Origin: Prasinococcaceae sp. CCMP 1430
Lineage: Eukaryota; Plantae; Prasinodermophyta
Assembly: GCA_013416795.1 (NCBI GenBank)
Contig: RQSC01000026.1
Location: 71,980-135,979 of the forward strand
Reading direction: 5' to 3'
Length of the DNA: 64,000 nucleotides
In this document: positions 1 through 10,699 of the stretch, in pieces
Layout: each line of letters starts with the position of its first letter
Numbering within the stretch: position 1 is the stretch's first letter
Position numbers and translations under genes: made by a program
The notes under the pieces: model-generated
Told to the model about the DNA's origin: nothing
Databases searched by the model: none
What the model saw: only the letters and a program-made list of their open reading frames with translations

Positions 1-428
1 CGGGCGCGCTCTGTGGCGCCCGGCCCGCGCCCGCCGGTCCCGCCACCGGCCAAGCCGCCCTCTGGTCCGCCACCCGACGCACGCGCGCGACCGCGCGACC
101 GCACGCGCGCACCCACCCACCCACGCACCCACCCACACGCACGCTCGCTCGCACCCACGCGCACGCACGCACGATCACACGCGCGCTCGGTCAAGGCGAT
201 CGGCGCGCGCCCGGTCGGGGAACGCGCGACAGAGGGTTGGGGACAAAAAAGCGACACAACTGGCCGGAACGAAGACAGAATTGGAGGGGGCAGCGCACAG
301 CGGGTACAGCACAGCGTGGTAGACAGGCGGGCGGGGCCACGGCAGAGCCCAAACCGCGCGCCTCAGCTTGCCAAACCACATCCCACCAACGCCACGAAGT
401 GCTCTTTCAGACCCTGTCGTCCGCGTGT

Positions 429-689
429 ATGCGAACGCCGCGCTCGGCGCTCGCCGCGCCCCCGCCCCCGCCCCCGCCGCTTCGGGCCGGTGAGGAGGGC
501 GAGCTGTGCGAGGAGGCGGACGACCTGCAGTGCTACCGCGAGCTGTGCGACCCCGCATCGCACAAGTGCGCCGTCGTGCCTGCAGACGCGGACGGAGATG
601 CAGAGAGCGCCGTGGCGAAGGCCGAAACGGACGAGCTCCAGGGCATTTGCGTGCCGCTGCTGCCGGTGGTCGCGCTGAGCGGTGGGTGA
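429..689 (+). CDS. Small Cys-containing hypothetical protein or terminal exon (5' end uncertain)
   Basis: Coding-like acidic/Cys segment (ELCEEADDLQCYRELCDPASHKC...GICVP) ends at TGA 689; TGTAA at 899-903. No recognisable family. Confidence 0.35.
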   Translation: MRTPRSALAAPPPPPPPLRAGEEGELCEEADDLQCYRELCDPASHKCAVVPADADGDAESAVAKAETDELQGICVPLLPVVALSGG

Positions 690-1082
690 GCTGCGATGGC
701 ATCAAGGGAACCCCGATATCTGTGAAAGCTGAGGCGAGCCTCCCCTGGCTACTGCGCGCGCTTCGTCGCTGGCCGAGACCACCATCGCAAGCAGCCGGCG
801 TCAGCTGCAGCGCGAGGCATGCGTGGTGTCAGGGACGAGGCGACCTTATGTTTTGGAGAGCTAATTATCCAAGGAACGTGGGAGGTGCTCCGTCGTTCTG
901 TAACCGGACGTCAACGTTCGTCGTACGTAAAAAAAATACTCTTGACTTTGTAAGGCAGGGTACGCGCGAAGAGTGCTCGACAACGGCTGCGTTGGCGCCT
1001 CGATGTTTCCGACGGTGGCCAGCGGGTGAGCGGCGCACATCGCGCCGATCGCCGGCACAGCCGTTACGCCTGGCACCCTGGC

Positions 1083-2004
1083 TCACAGCCCCTCCTCCTC
1101 GTACATGGCGGCGATTGCGCCAAGCAGACCGCGCTCTTTGATGACGCGAGCGGGCGGGAGGAACAGGCGCTGCAAATTGAGGTCGACGACGTCCTTGCCT
1201 GTGCGCTCCTCGTAGCGCTTGCGGCGCGCCGCCTGCCGGGCCTGCGCGCGCCGCGAGGTCGAACGCATGCGCGAGTGGCAGCATTGAATGCGTCAGCGCT
1301 TCCGTCGTGGACCACAGCGGCGTCCATGCAGTGGGCTCGCGCCGTCCCGTGCGCGCGTGCCTCCGAGGAGGCGGGCAAGGACGCGGCCGCGGCGCCTTGG
1401 CGCGCACCTTGGCCGCCTCGTAGTCTTTGGGGTTGGCCGTCGCGGCGTTGATGATGAAGCCGCGCCCGAGCAGGTCACGGTCGCGCGCGTCCTGCTCCAT
1501 CTCGCGCAGCGCCTTTGCGCCGCGGCCGGCGTCGAGCTCGCGCTTGAGGTAGCGCATCTGCACGGCGCGCTTGAACTTGCGCACCTGCGGAACGCGCGCG
1601 AGTGTGGCGCGCCAGGCAGTGCCGCGTTAGCGCGCGCGCGCTCACTCCCGTTGCGATGCCGCCGCGCGCCGCGCGCCACGCACCCCAGGCCCCAGCTCAG
1701 CCTCGAGCTCCTTCATCAGCGTCGCGTTGGCCTGCGTCTTCGACACGAACACAGCGCCAAGCACGGTCGCCAGCGCCATGAATACCAAGAGGCCCGGCGG
1801 CAACGGCTCGGAGGTCGCGAGCACACCACCCGGCGTGACCTCGCTCGCCGCTGCGGCCGTTGCCGCCGGCGAGCTCGTGTACGTAGCGCCCGGGTCGCTG
1901 CTCGACGAGGCGCTGCTCGCGGCGCCCAAGCCGGGGCCCACGCGCGCAGAGATCGACACTTTCCTTACCGACTTGCGTTTCTCGCCCGTCGGCAGTGCTG
2001 CCAT
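1083..2004 (-). CDS. Hypothetical single-TM protein, 3 exons: complement(join(1083..1241,1408..1584,1684..~2004)); start uncertain
   Basis: Two GT..AG introns (donors GTGCGT, GTGCGC) join in frame; hydrophobic segment GLLVFMALATVLGAVFV. The 5' part overlaps the + strand ORF. Confidence 0.6.
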
Positions 2005-3748
2005 CGCCTCTGCTGCCGCCGCACGCGCGACCGCCGTCGGCTCTGCTGAGTGGGCGGCCGATGCTGCACGCGGCAAGAGCAGCGCGAGCGGCGGGGGCTC
2101 CACCCCTGTCTCGCGAGATGCCGGCGAAGGAGGCGACGAAGCTGCTGAGGCAAGCGTGCGGCGGTCGCCGATGAGCGAGCTGCTGTCGCGCATCGACGAG
2201 AAGATGATCGAGAGCGACGAAGACCCTCGGCGAGCCCCGGCGGTGCGCACGACAATCGACGCAGCCCTCTCGAAGGCAGATGCGACAGCGCTTGTGGTCC
2301 GCGGAGGCCTCGAGGCGGCGAGGCAGGGTTTTACGGGCACCGTCGGCACCGTGTGCTCCAAGTTTGGCGCGGAGATGCTCGCACAGCGCTCCGACGCTGC
2401 GCAGAAGGCCGCCGAGGCCAAGGTCTCCGCGAGCGCGCGGTGGTCGGATGCTGCACGCAAGGACGCTGAGGCTGCCGCGGCAGCTGTGGCGGCCAAGAAG
2501 GTGCACCAGGAGCGCAACGCTGCCGAGGCCGCGTTGCGTGCCGAGCGTGCGGCTGAGCGTGCCGCACGGCGCGAAGAAGTGCGTCGCGAGAAAGCCGCTG
2601 AGCGCGCAAGGCAGGAAGCAGCCAGGGCGGAGGAGAAGGCCGCCAGGGAGCGCGAGGAAGCGCTTCGCGAGAAAGCTGCTGAGCGTGCAAGGCAGGCCAC
2701 GGCGAAGGCGGAGGCAAAGGCCGCAAAGGAGGCCACTGCAAAAATGATGAGGGAACTTGAGGAAGCTGAGGCTCTTGCCAAGGCTCAGAATGAGGCCAGG
2801 AAGGCCAAAGCCGAGGCGGAGGCCAAAGCCAGGAAGATCAAGGCCGAGGCCGAGGCGGAGGCGAAGGCTGAGAAGGAGGCCAAGGCCAAGGCTGAGGCCA
2901 AGGAGGCCAAAGCCAAGGCAGAGGCACAGGCCAAGGTCAAGGCTGAGAAGGAGGCAAAAGCCAAAGAGGCAAAGGCGAAGGCTGACAAGGAGGCCAAGGC
3001 GAAGGCCGACAAGGAAGCCAAAGCGAAGGCTGAGAAGGAGGCCAAAGCCAAGGAGGCCAAGGCGAAGGCCGAGAAGGAAGCCAAGGCGAAGGCTGAGAAG
3101 GAGGCAAAGGCGAAGGCCGAAAAGGAGGCCAAAGCGAAGGCCGAGAAGGAGGCCAAGGCGAAGGCCGAGAAGGATGCCAAGGCGAAGGCTGAGAAGGAGG
3201 CCAAGGCGAAGGCCGAGAAGGAGGCCAAGGCGAAGGCTGAGAAGGAGGCCAAGGCGAAGGCCGAGAAAGAGGCCAAGGCGAAGGCCGAGAAAGAGGCCAA
3301 GGCCAAAGAGGCGAAGGCGAAGGCTGAGAAGGCGGCCAAGGCGAAGGCCGAAAAGGAGGCGAAGGCCAAAGAAGCAAAGGCGATGGGGGCGGCCGCAGCA
3401 AGCACCACCGTCCTGCAGCCCGCTGCACAGGCCAAGGAATGGTTCTTGTCACGCTTGGGCAAGGAGCAGCCCAATGCTGTCAGTGCGCAGGCAACTGCGG
3501 ATCGGAGAAATGGCGAGGCGGCTTCTGCGATCGCTTCCGCTGCCTTTGAGCTGGCCCTCGTCAGCCTGATATTCCATGTCGTGCGCGAGGTGCGCGCCCA
3601 CCCAGACGAGGCCGAATCGACGGCGCGGGGCGGTCTGCTCGCGCTGCGCCGCCTCCTAGGAAAGCTGCTGCGGATAGGCAGCAAGAGTGGGGTTGGCTCT
3701 GGCGAGAGGACTGCTGGGGTACTCAACCCGAAGAGTACCGAAGGGTAG
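1778..3748 (+). CDS. Ala/Lys/Glu-rich repeat (KAKAEKEA)n helical protein with a C-terminal hydrophobic segment; start uncertain (ATG 1778 or 2171)
   Basis: Long ORF with a tandem 8-aa repeat whose synonymous codons vary; C-terminal FELALVSLIFHVV; TGTAA at 3870-3874. Confidence 0.7.
   Translation: MNTKRPGGNGSEVASTPPGVTSLAAAAVAAGELVYVAPGSLLDEALLAAPKPGPTRAEIDTFLTDLRFSPVGSAAIASAAAARATAVGSAEWAADAARGKSSASGGGSTPVSRDAGEGGDEAAEASVRRSPMSELLSRIDEKMIESDEDPRRAPAVRTTIDAALSKADATALVVRGGLEAARQGFTGTVGTVCSKFGAEMLAQRSDAAQKAAEAKVSASARWSDAARKDAEAAAAAVAAKKVHQERNAAEAALRAERAAERAARREEVRREKAAERARQEAARAEEKAAREREEALREKAAERARQATAKAEAKAAKEATAKMMRELEEAEALAKAQNEARKAKAEAEAKARKIKAEAEAEAKAEKEAKAKAEAKEAKAKAEAQAKVKAEKEAKAKEAKAKADKEAKAKADKEAKAKAEKEAKAKEAKAKAEKEAKAKAEKEAKAKAEKEAKAKAEKEAKAKAEKDAKAKAEKEAKAKAEKEAKAKAEKEAKAKAEKEAKAKAEKEAKAKEAKAKAEKAAKAKAEKEAKAKEAKAMGAAAASTTVLQPAAQAKEWFLSRLGKEQPNAVSAQATADRRNGEAASAIASAAFELALVSLIFHVVREVRAHPDEAESTARGGLLALRRLLGKLLRIGSKSGVGSGERTAGVLNPKSTEG
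2860..3380 (+). repeat. Coding tandem repeat, ~24-nt unit (AAGGCGAAGGCYGAGAAGGAGGCC) encoding KAKAEKEA, mixed with shorter KAKEA variants
   Basis: Directly visible in DNA and translation. Confidence 0.9.
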
Positions 3749-3970
3749 GCTGCGGGCGAGATGGAGCCTGCTGGCGAGTGTGGGACTGCAGGCGCATCAC
3801 ACGTGGAACGACGTTCGTGTGACCGTGCTAAGCCGCCGCCCTCACCCCCTCCCCATTTCCCACGCAGTATGTAACAGTTGTGATTACGAGTGCAAGCTGT
3901 CCCTTTCTCTGTCACACGCGCGGTCGCGCGGGCGTCTGCACCAGCTGGAGGGCACGCGCGTGCAGAGTGC

Positions 3971-5021
3971 CTACCCGGCACGTCGCTCGTACGGTACGTC
4001 GAAGCCCGGCAGGTTGGTGTCCAGGAGGCAAAGTGCATCGCACGCCGCGCGGTAGTTGGCATCGGAGGTCTTGGACATCACAGGAGGCGCTGGCGGCAGC
4101 GCGTATTTTCCCTCATCCTCGTCGGCGGGAATTCTGTTGCTCGCGCAGCGCTGCTTGTCAGAAAAAGCTAGAGACGGCGCTGAATTCAAGCTCGATGGGA
4201 TCGCGCGGCACACACACACATGAGGCGCACGCCAGTGAAGCAAGTCATACGCGTTTCGCGCCACGCACTTGTCCATATTGAACTCCAGGAACTTTCTTTC
4301 GGCAGCCACGAAGGCGGCCAGGTGGCCATCGGCGCGACCACGGAACACCATACGCTGCTGGGCCACTGGCGTCCCCTCGCGCCCTTCGATAGCCGTCTGT
4401 AGGGTCCCGAACGTGTCCTGTAGTGTGAGCTGCAGCTGAAGGGTGCGTCCGCCCGTGGTCGCCACGATGATTGCGCATCCCGTGTCCCTATCATCGTCGC
4501 CCTCGGCGACCTCGTGAAACGAAGCCTCCGTCGCGAGGCCCTCTGCAGCCAGCAACTGAGGCAGCGACGCGAGCGGCGTGCTGTGGTCGACGCATGCGCC
4601 ACGCACAACGCTCCCGCAGGTCGAGCTCAAGAAAATAAGCAGTGGTCCTGGGCGCAGCGCTACAGACAGTACCACATCAGTCGAGCCGTACTCCGCCACC
4701 TCGTACGAGCGCAGGCTGCGCCCGTCCTGCAGCTCCTCGCCCGCGAAGAGCACAGCGGCGCGCTTCGCGGGCACGCCTGCTGCTGCCTAGTTCGCGCCGC
4801 ATCGCCCGGCGGGTAAGATGCGCCCGCTCGTGTCAGCGTCCAGCAAGCGTGCTGCACAACACGTGCAGCATGCATGCGCAAGGGCCGGAAGGGCCGCGTA
4901 CCTCGATGGTTGCTTTCACGTCGGCGATGTCTGTGTCGAGGCCGTCAGGCAGCCGCAGCAGCACTGGCCGCCCTCCAGTTGGCAGCGCAGCTGAGACCGT
5001 CACCGCCGGGTCTACCTCCAT
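3971..5021 (-). CDS. Protein with multiple divergent ubiquitin-like domains: complement(join(3971..4786,4902..5021)); a further short in-frame intron near 4168-4230 is possible
   Basis: UBL signatures DVKATIE...GVPAKRAAVLFAGEELQDGRSLRSYEV and TTGGRTLQLQL...IEGREGTPVAQQRMVFRG; GTACGC..TAG intron keeps frame. Confidence 0.7.
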
Positions 5022-5691
5022 TTCAGCTGGCGTCGGCGCCCACGCACGGCGCAAGCACGAGCTCCTCCCGCGCTGGCGCGCGGCCGCGGAGCGCTGGCGG
5101 CGGCGGGCGCTCCGCGAGCGCGAGCGCGAGCGCGAGCGCGAGTGTGGCGGCCCGCGCCAGGCGCGGCGAGCTCCAGCGCCGGCCGGCGCCGCAAGGCGCG
5201 CTTGGCGGGTCACGAGTGGCCGCGCTCCGACCCCGTCTGCTCCCCGCACCTGGGTTTCACCAGAGATTTTGATTTTAGTCGCCCGGGCGCGTTCGGGGAA
5301 CGCGTTCGGGGAATGCCCACGCGCGGGGCCGCCGCCCGGCGCCGCGCGCCGCTGTTCGCATGCTGGCTTGGGTAACCAGCGACGGGGGCGCGCAGCCGCG
5401 TAGCCCGGGAGCGGGGCATGCACCGGTGGTGGGAAAAGACGGGCTGGAGGGGAGGGGAGGGAGGGGGCGACAGGCGGGAGGACAGGTAGGCCTACGAGTA
5501 GAGGTGGGGGATGCGGCATCGGTGAGGGCCAAGCGGTTGGGGATGGGGGGGAGCGCCGCGCACCCGCCGGGCGCCACACGCGCGCGGCGCGCGCGCCTGC
5601 AGGGAACGGGACCAGGGCGCATTCTCTCTCTTGTGCGCGAGCGCGCGCGGGCACCGGCCGAGTGCCGCACGGCGCGTGCAGCGCCCGCGCC

Positions 5692-7260
5692 ATGGCCAAC
5701 GTGGCGGCCATCCATGCCGCCCAGAAGCGTTTGCAAGAGCAGCAGGAGCTTGAGGCCGCCAAGGTTGCATGGGACCTCGAACGCAATGACACGCTGCAGC
5801 GCGACATGCTCACACAACTCGCGCGCCTAGGTGGCAAGTCCACAACAGCACCTCCGGGCGAGACAGAAACGAGCGACGAGAAGGTGAGGGCGCTCTCTCT
5901 TTCGTTTGTGCCTGCTGTAGCCCATGCTGGCGCGCACGTGCGGGTACACGCGGGAATGTGCGAGCGAGCACGCCCGCGCGTACGGTGCCTGACACGGTGC
6001 TGACGTCCACCCCACGCGATCCGCGCGCACGCGTGCATCCGCATCCCTCAGGGCGATACTGCGGACGATGCCTCGAGCGACGATCTTCCCCTCATCTCCT
6101 TCAAGCTCCCCTTCCAGAAGCATCTGTATGTGTTCTACAACTCGACCCCCATCCAGATGGTAACGGCCGGTCTCATCTTCGCCAACTTCATCGTCAACGC
6201 TGCCGAGGCGCAGTACTGCGGCTCCAACGCCAGCTGCTATATCGACGAAGACGGATTCAAGGGGCCCCTAAATGAGCGCGAAGGTGGCGCCGAGTGGTAC
6301 GCCAACCAGACGGCAACCTATGCGCTGATCCACGACAGCGAGAATCCTAAGGATTGGAACGTGTCGAACGAGGGCGCCGCTGTGTTTGAGGGTTTCGAGC
6401 TCTTCTTCACCTTCATCTTCCTCCTTGAGCTCATCATCAACTTTTGGGGCCACTATTGGAGGCCCTTCATCGCGTCGGGCTGGAACTGGTTCGATACCGT
6501 CGTCGTGACGGTATCGGTGATCTCACTGGCAGTGCCGGAGTTGCCCGGCGTGTCCACGCTGCGTCTTATGCGCGCCTTCCGTGTCTTCCGCCTCTTCAAG
6601 CGCCTGCAGAGTCTCAGGAAGGTAGGGTGGCAAAAGCCCGAGCGCGCGCTGTGAGCGCCGCCAGATGTGCCGCGCACGCGACGCGAGCTGACCTCGATGG
6701 ACGCCCGCGGCCCTCCGCGCGCGCAGATCATGAGCTGCCTTGGAAACGCCATCCCCGGCTGCATGAGTGCGTTCTTCATCGTCGTCCTCATCACAGCCAT
6801 CTACGCCATCCTGGGCGTCGAGTTCTTCTCCACCCTGGATTCCGTTGTGCATCCGGGCACCCTCGAACCGCACGGGCCGTACTACTTCGGCGACTTCAGT
6901 AGTGCCATGTTCACAATGTTCCAGGTGATGACTGGCGAGTCGTGGGCCGAGATGATCGCGCGCCCGCTGGTGGACGCCTACCCGCTCTCGTCGCTCTACT
7001 TCGTGTCCTACATCCTCATCGTGGGGCTCGTGCTCATCAACGTCGTGGTGGCCGTGCTGCTGGAGAAGATGGGCGGCGCCGACGAGGACGAATACGAGGA
7101 GGGCGACAAGGAGGACGACCCGCAGTTGCTGCAGCGCAAGTACATCACGTGGACGACCACGCGCACCGCCGAGGCGCTTGCCGAGCGTCTCGACGCGCAG
7201 GATCAGCGCATCGACAGGCTCGCGATGGTCCTCGAGAAGCTCGAGGCCAAGCTCACCTGA
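5692..7260 (+). CDS. Single-domain (6TM) voltage-gated cation channel, BacNav/EukCat-like: join(5692..5883,6052..6621,6727..7260)
   Basis: S1-S6 helices, WNWFD in S3, S4 LRLMRAFRVFRLFKRL, pore FTMFQVMTGESWAEMIARP, S6 LINVVVAVLL, C-terminal coiled coil; both introns canonical, phase 0. Confidence 0.9.
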
Positions 7261-7293
7261 GGCGGCGCGCGCGTGCGCGGGGGCCCGCTACAT

Positions 7294-7298
7294 TGTAA
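7294..7298 (+). terminator. Putative UGUAA polyadenylation signal (also at 3870, 9466, 21387, 60153, 62380)
   Basis: TGTAA recurs ~30-135 nt after six + strand stop codons; UGUAA is the established chlorophyte poly(A) signal. Confidence 0.6.
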
Positions 7299-7454
7299 TG
7301 GCGGGACGTGCGGCGGCGCGACCCATTCAGACCCTGAGCGCGCCGCGCCGCGTCCGCCAGCGCTGAAACACGCCGCCCGGCTCGCACCACGCCGGAGAGC
7401 CCAGCGCGCGGCCGCCGTCCGCCACACTGCGCCGGCGGGCCGCCGGCACACGCC

Positions 7455-9358
7455 ATGGCCAATCCGTGGGAGGGCGCGGCGGCGGCGCCGCCCAAGCTCG
7501 AGGCGACGCTGAGCGCGCCGCCATTCACCTTCAACCCGGAGGCGACCACCTTCATGCCCGGCGGGGAGCGCATCGCTGCTGCGGCCGCCATCGCGCCGCC
7601 AGCCGCCGCCGGCCGCCGCCGGCCGGGCTGATGGACGACGCAGCCANGGCGCGCGCCGCGCGCTCGGGCGGTGACGGCGCGGCGGCAGCCGCCGGCGCAG
7701 TGAGCGACTACCGCTACTTCGCAGCGCGCATGCAGCACTGTGGGCCGCCTGACCGGCGCGAGGGGTTCGCCGCAGTTTTCCACGCGCACACTGCTCGCCG
7801 CGACGAGGCGAACGTGGCGCTCGCGGCACTGGGCATCGCGCCGCTCTTCGAGCGCTTCTGGGAGGCTGCCGAGGCTGTCGCGCGTTTCATCGAGCAACCT
7901 CGCCCCGTCGGCGAGCGGAGAGATGAGCCCCCGCAAGGCGACGAAGACCGACGCCAGAAGCCTGAGGCCGCGGTACCGCCCGCGCGGCCCGCGCGGCCCG
8001 CGCGCAACTCGGCGCCCTCGTACGGCCGCCTGCCGCGCGCGCCGCCATTCGGCGGCCTGCTTCTGCTGTTCGACCTCAACGGGACGCTCACGTCGCACTC
8101 GGCGCAGCGGCGGTCGACAGGCATCACGGCGCTGCGGCCTGGTGCTGCGGCGGCGCTGGTGGCGTTGCGCGCGGCCGGCCGTGTGCGGCTGGGTGTGTTC
8201 TCGAGCGCGACTTGGCGCACGGTCGGCGAGGCGGTCAGCATGCTGCAGCGCGCGAGCGGGCTGCCGCCGGGCGAGCGCCTCTTCGACGTCGTGCTCAATC
8301 GCGACCAGTGCCAGCTCTGCCCCGGCCTCGCCGGTAAGGCCTGGGACACCAATAAGCCGCTCGCACCGTTAGCGCCGTGGACGGGCGTGCCCGTTGAGCG
8401 CACCCTGCTCGTGGACGACGACGAGCACAAGGCGGCGCCCGGCGAGCGCGCGCAGCTGCTGCTCGTGCCCACGTGGGACGGGCGCGCGGACTGCCCGGTG
8501 GCGGAATGGCTCGCTGAGGAGCTGCTCGCGCGACTCCCTGGCGAACCCCTCGTCGGGGCGCGCGTCCCCCACCAGCGCGGCGGCTGGAAGAAGCGCGGCA
8601 GGAAGGGGAGGTGGAACGCGCAGCAGAGGAGCGAGCGCCAGCAGCACCGGCTCGGACAGGGGGGGGCGCTGCAGGGGGGCGAGCAGCCGCAGACCGAATG
8701 TCCGCAGGCTGAAAACCAGCATGACGCGGCAGGCGCGGTCGGCAGCGGCGATCAGAATGGCATGGAAAGCGGTACCGCAGTCGATGACAAGCGCAGGCGA
8801 CGCGATGACGACGACAGCCCCGACGGGCTGACGGCGAGCGCCCGGCCAACGCCGGCGGCGACGCCTGGCGGCGCGTCGGTGACCCAAGCGGCGAATGACG
8901 CCGCATCCGGGGCCACACCCATCGCCGCAGATGCGGCGGCATCCGCGGAGGGCTCGGCCGCGGAGCACGCCTCGGAGCCTGAGGCGGCGGATGCGGCCGC
9001 GGAGCGCGTTGAGGAGCCATCGTACGAGCCTGATGCGGCCGCTGAGATCGCGCGGGCTGTGTCGGTGTCCCTCGCTGAGCGGCACGCAGCATGGCTCGAG
9101 GTGAACCCCGCGCCCGCGCCCGCGCCCGAGCTCGAAGTCTGCGCCGACGCCGATACCGACATGGCCACTGACGGCGACGTTCCCACTAGTGAACTCGGAA
9201 CAGACGCCGGCGGCGAGGGAGGCGCACTGGCCGCGGCCGAGCCAGAACCTGCGGCTGGTCGCGGGCGTGGCGGCGACAACGATGGCGGCGGCAGCGGCGG
9301 CAGCGGCGGCAGCCGCAGCGGGGAGGAGGTGGCTGCTATCGAGCACGGCAACGTGTGA
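7455..9358 (+). CDS. HAD-superfamily FCP1/NIF-like domain protein with N-terminal PAM2-like motif and acidic tail (apparent frameshift near N at 7647)
   Basis: LLLFDLNGTL (motif I), GVFSSAT (motif II), KPL, TLLVDDDEHK (motif IV). Upstream ATG 7455 frame carries FNPEATTFMP and switches frame near the N. Confidence 0.7.
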
Positions 9359-9372
9359 CTTCACAAGTGGAC

Positions 9373-9440
9373 CACACACACACACACAAACGCACACAGA
9401 AACGCACGCACACACGCACACACACACACGCACACACCAC
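9373..9440 (+). repeat. Degenerate (CA)n/(CACG)n microsatellite
   Basis: Visible in the 3' region; related tracts at ~9667-9685 (GT) and ~34397-34442. Confidence 0.85.
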
Positions 9441-9755
9441 CACTCGTGCGCGCTCCGCACAGTACTGTAATACTCCGGATGGCGATTGCCGTGCGAAGAA
9501 CTTTTTGGTTTCAGCGTGTGCGCTCATTAGGGTTAAATGTACAGTAGGGTCTTGGCCGGGGGCGCGCGCGGCCGGCGGCTGCGCGCCCGTAGGGCACAGC
9601 GCGCGGCGGCGTCCCCGGGGCGCAGCGCCGCGGCGCGCGCGGCCGGGGGTGGCGAGGGGGTGGCAGGTGTGTGTGTGTGTGTGTGGATGCGCGGTGGCAC
9701 AGCGCGCGCGCCGAGCATACCCGCGGGAGGAGCGGCGGGGGGGGGGTGGCACACC

Positions 9756-10534
9756 ATGGTGTCGGCGACGTTCGGCGACGGCGGCCGCCAGGGGGCGCGG
9801 CGCGGCGCGCTCGAGCAGAGCGGCGGCAGCAAGTGCAAGAAGCAGAAGAAGACGTTCACGCAGAAGGTCGAGATGCAGGAGGGCGGGGGGAAGAGCTGCC
9901 GCTCGGGGGGTGGGAAGCGCGGCGGGCAGGTCAAGGTGAGACGCCGCCATGAGCGCCCGCGTGCCGCGTGCGCGCGGCGACGCGCCTCGCGTGCCAGAAA
10001 CAGGCGGGTGCGCGCGGACGAGCGCGAGGGCGGGCGCCAACCCCGCCAGCGCGGTCGCTGACGCAGCGCGACGGCGCCGTTGGATCGCCCGCCGCCGGCA
10101 CGCGCGCGCGCAGGCCCTGCGTGACCTGGAGAAGGGCGGCTACATGAAGCGTGCAGCCCGTGCTGAGCCGACCAACCGCATGTTCCAGATGCCGCCCGCG
10201 GTCACGAACGCTTTCGAGCGCAACTCTGCCTTCCTCAAGCGCGCGTTCAGCCTCGAAACGCTGCTGAGGTCCGAGACAGCCCGCCGCCCCGCGCGCAGTT
10301 CTCGCGCCTGCGCCTCACAGGCGCCTTGAATCGCATCGCCGCGCCCTGCGGAGCGGACGACCGCTGACGCGCCAACACCCCATCTGCTGCGCCACCTTCG
10401 TCGCTCCCAGACCGCTCCCCTCAGGCCTTGCGCTGGGGCTGGAGCGCAACCTCAAGTTCCTCGGCAAAAGCGCCACGCAGCTCTTCACCGGCGAAGGCGT
10501 CGCCAACGCCAAGACGGCCATTGGCAAGAAGTAG
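9756..10534 (+). CDS. Small basic hypothetical protein: join(9756..9935,10114..10268,10411..10534)
   Basis: Two introns with GCTGAC branch points splice in frame; G/K-rich N-terminus; internal repeat ERNxxFL. Confidence 0.65.
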
Positions 10535-10699
10535 TAAGATAGAGATTGTTCTGACGCGGAGGAGCTCTCTTACGATGCCCCTCGTGCGCCCATGCAATCC
10601 TGAGCTACTACAGTAGCTACAGTCGCTAGAGTGTGTATGTTTGTGCACACGCGCAAGGCACGCGCGGCCATTGCGGCGACACGACAGGCACGGCGTGTC

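Noticed and set aside
1778-3748. Bacterial tolA or contamination
   Set aside because: Similarity is compositional only; there is no TolA N-terminal anchor or domain III and no tol-pal neighbours, and a TGTAA signal follows.
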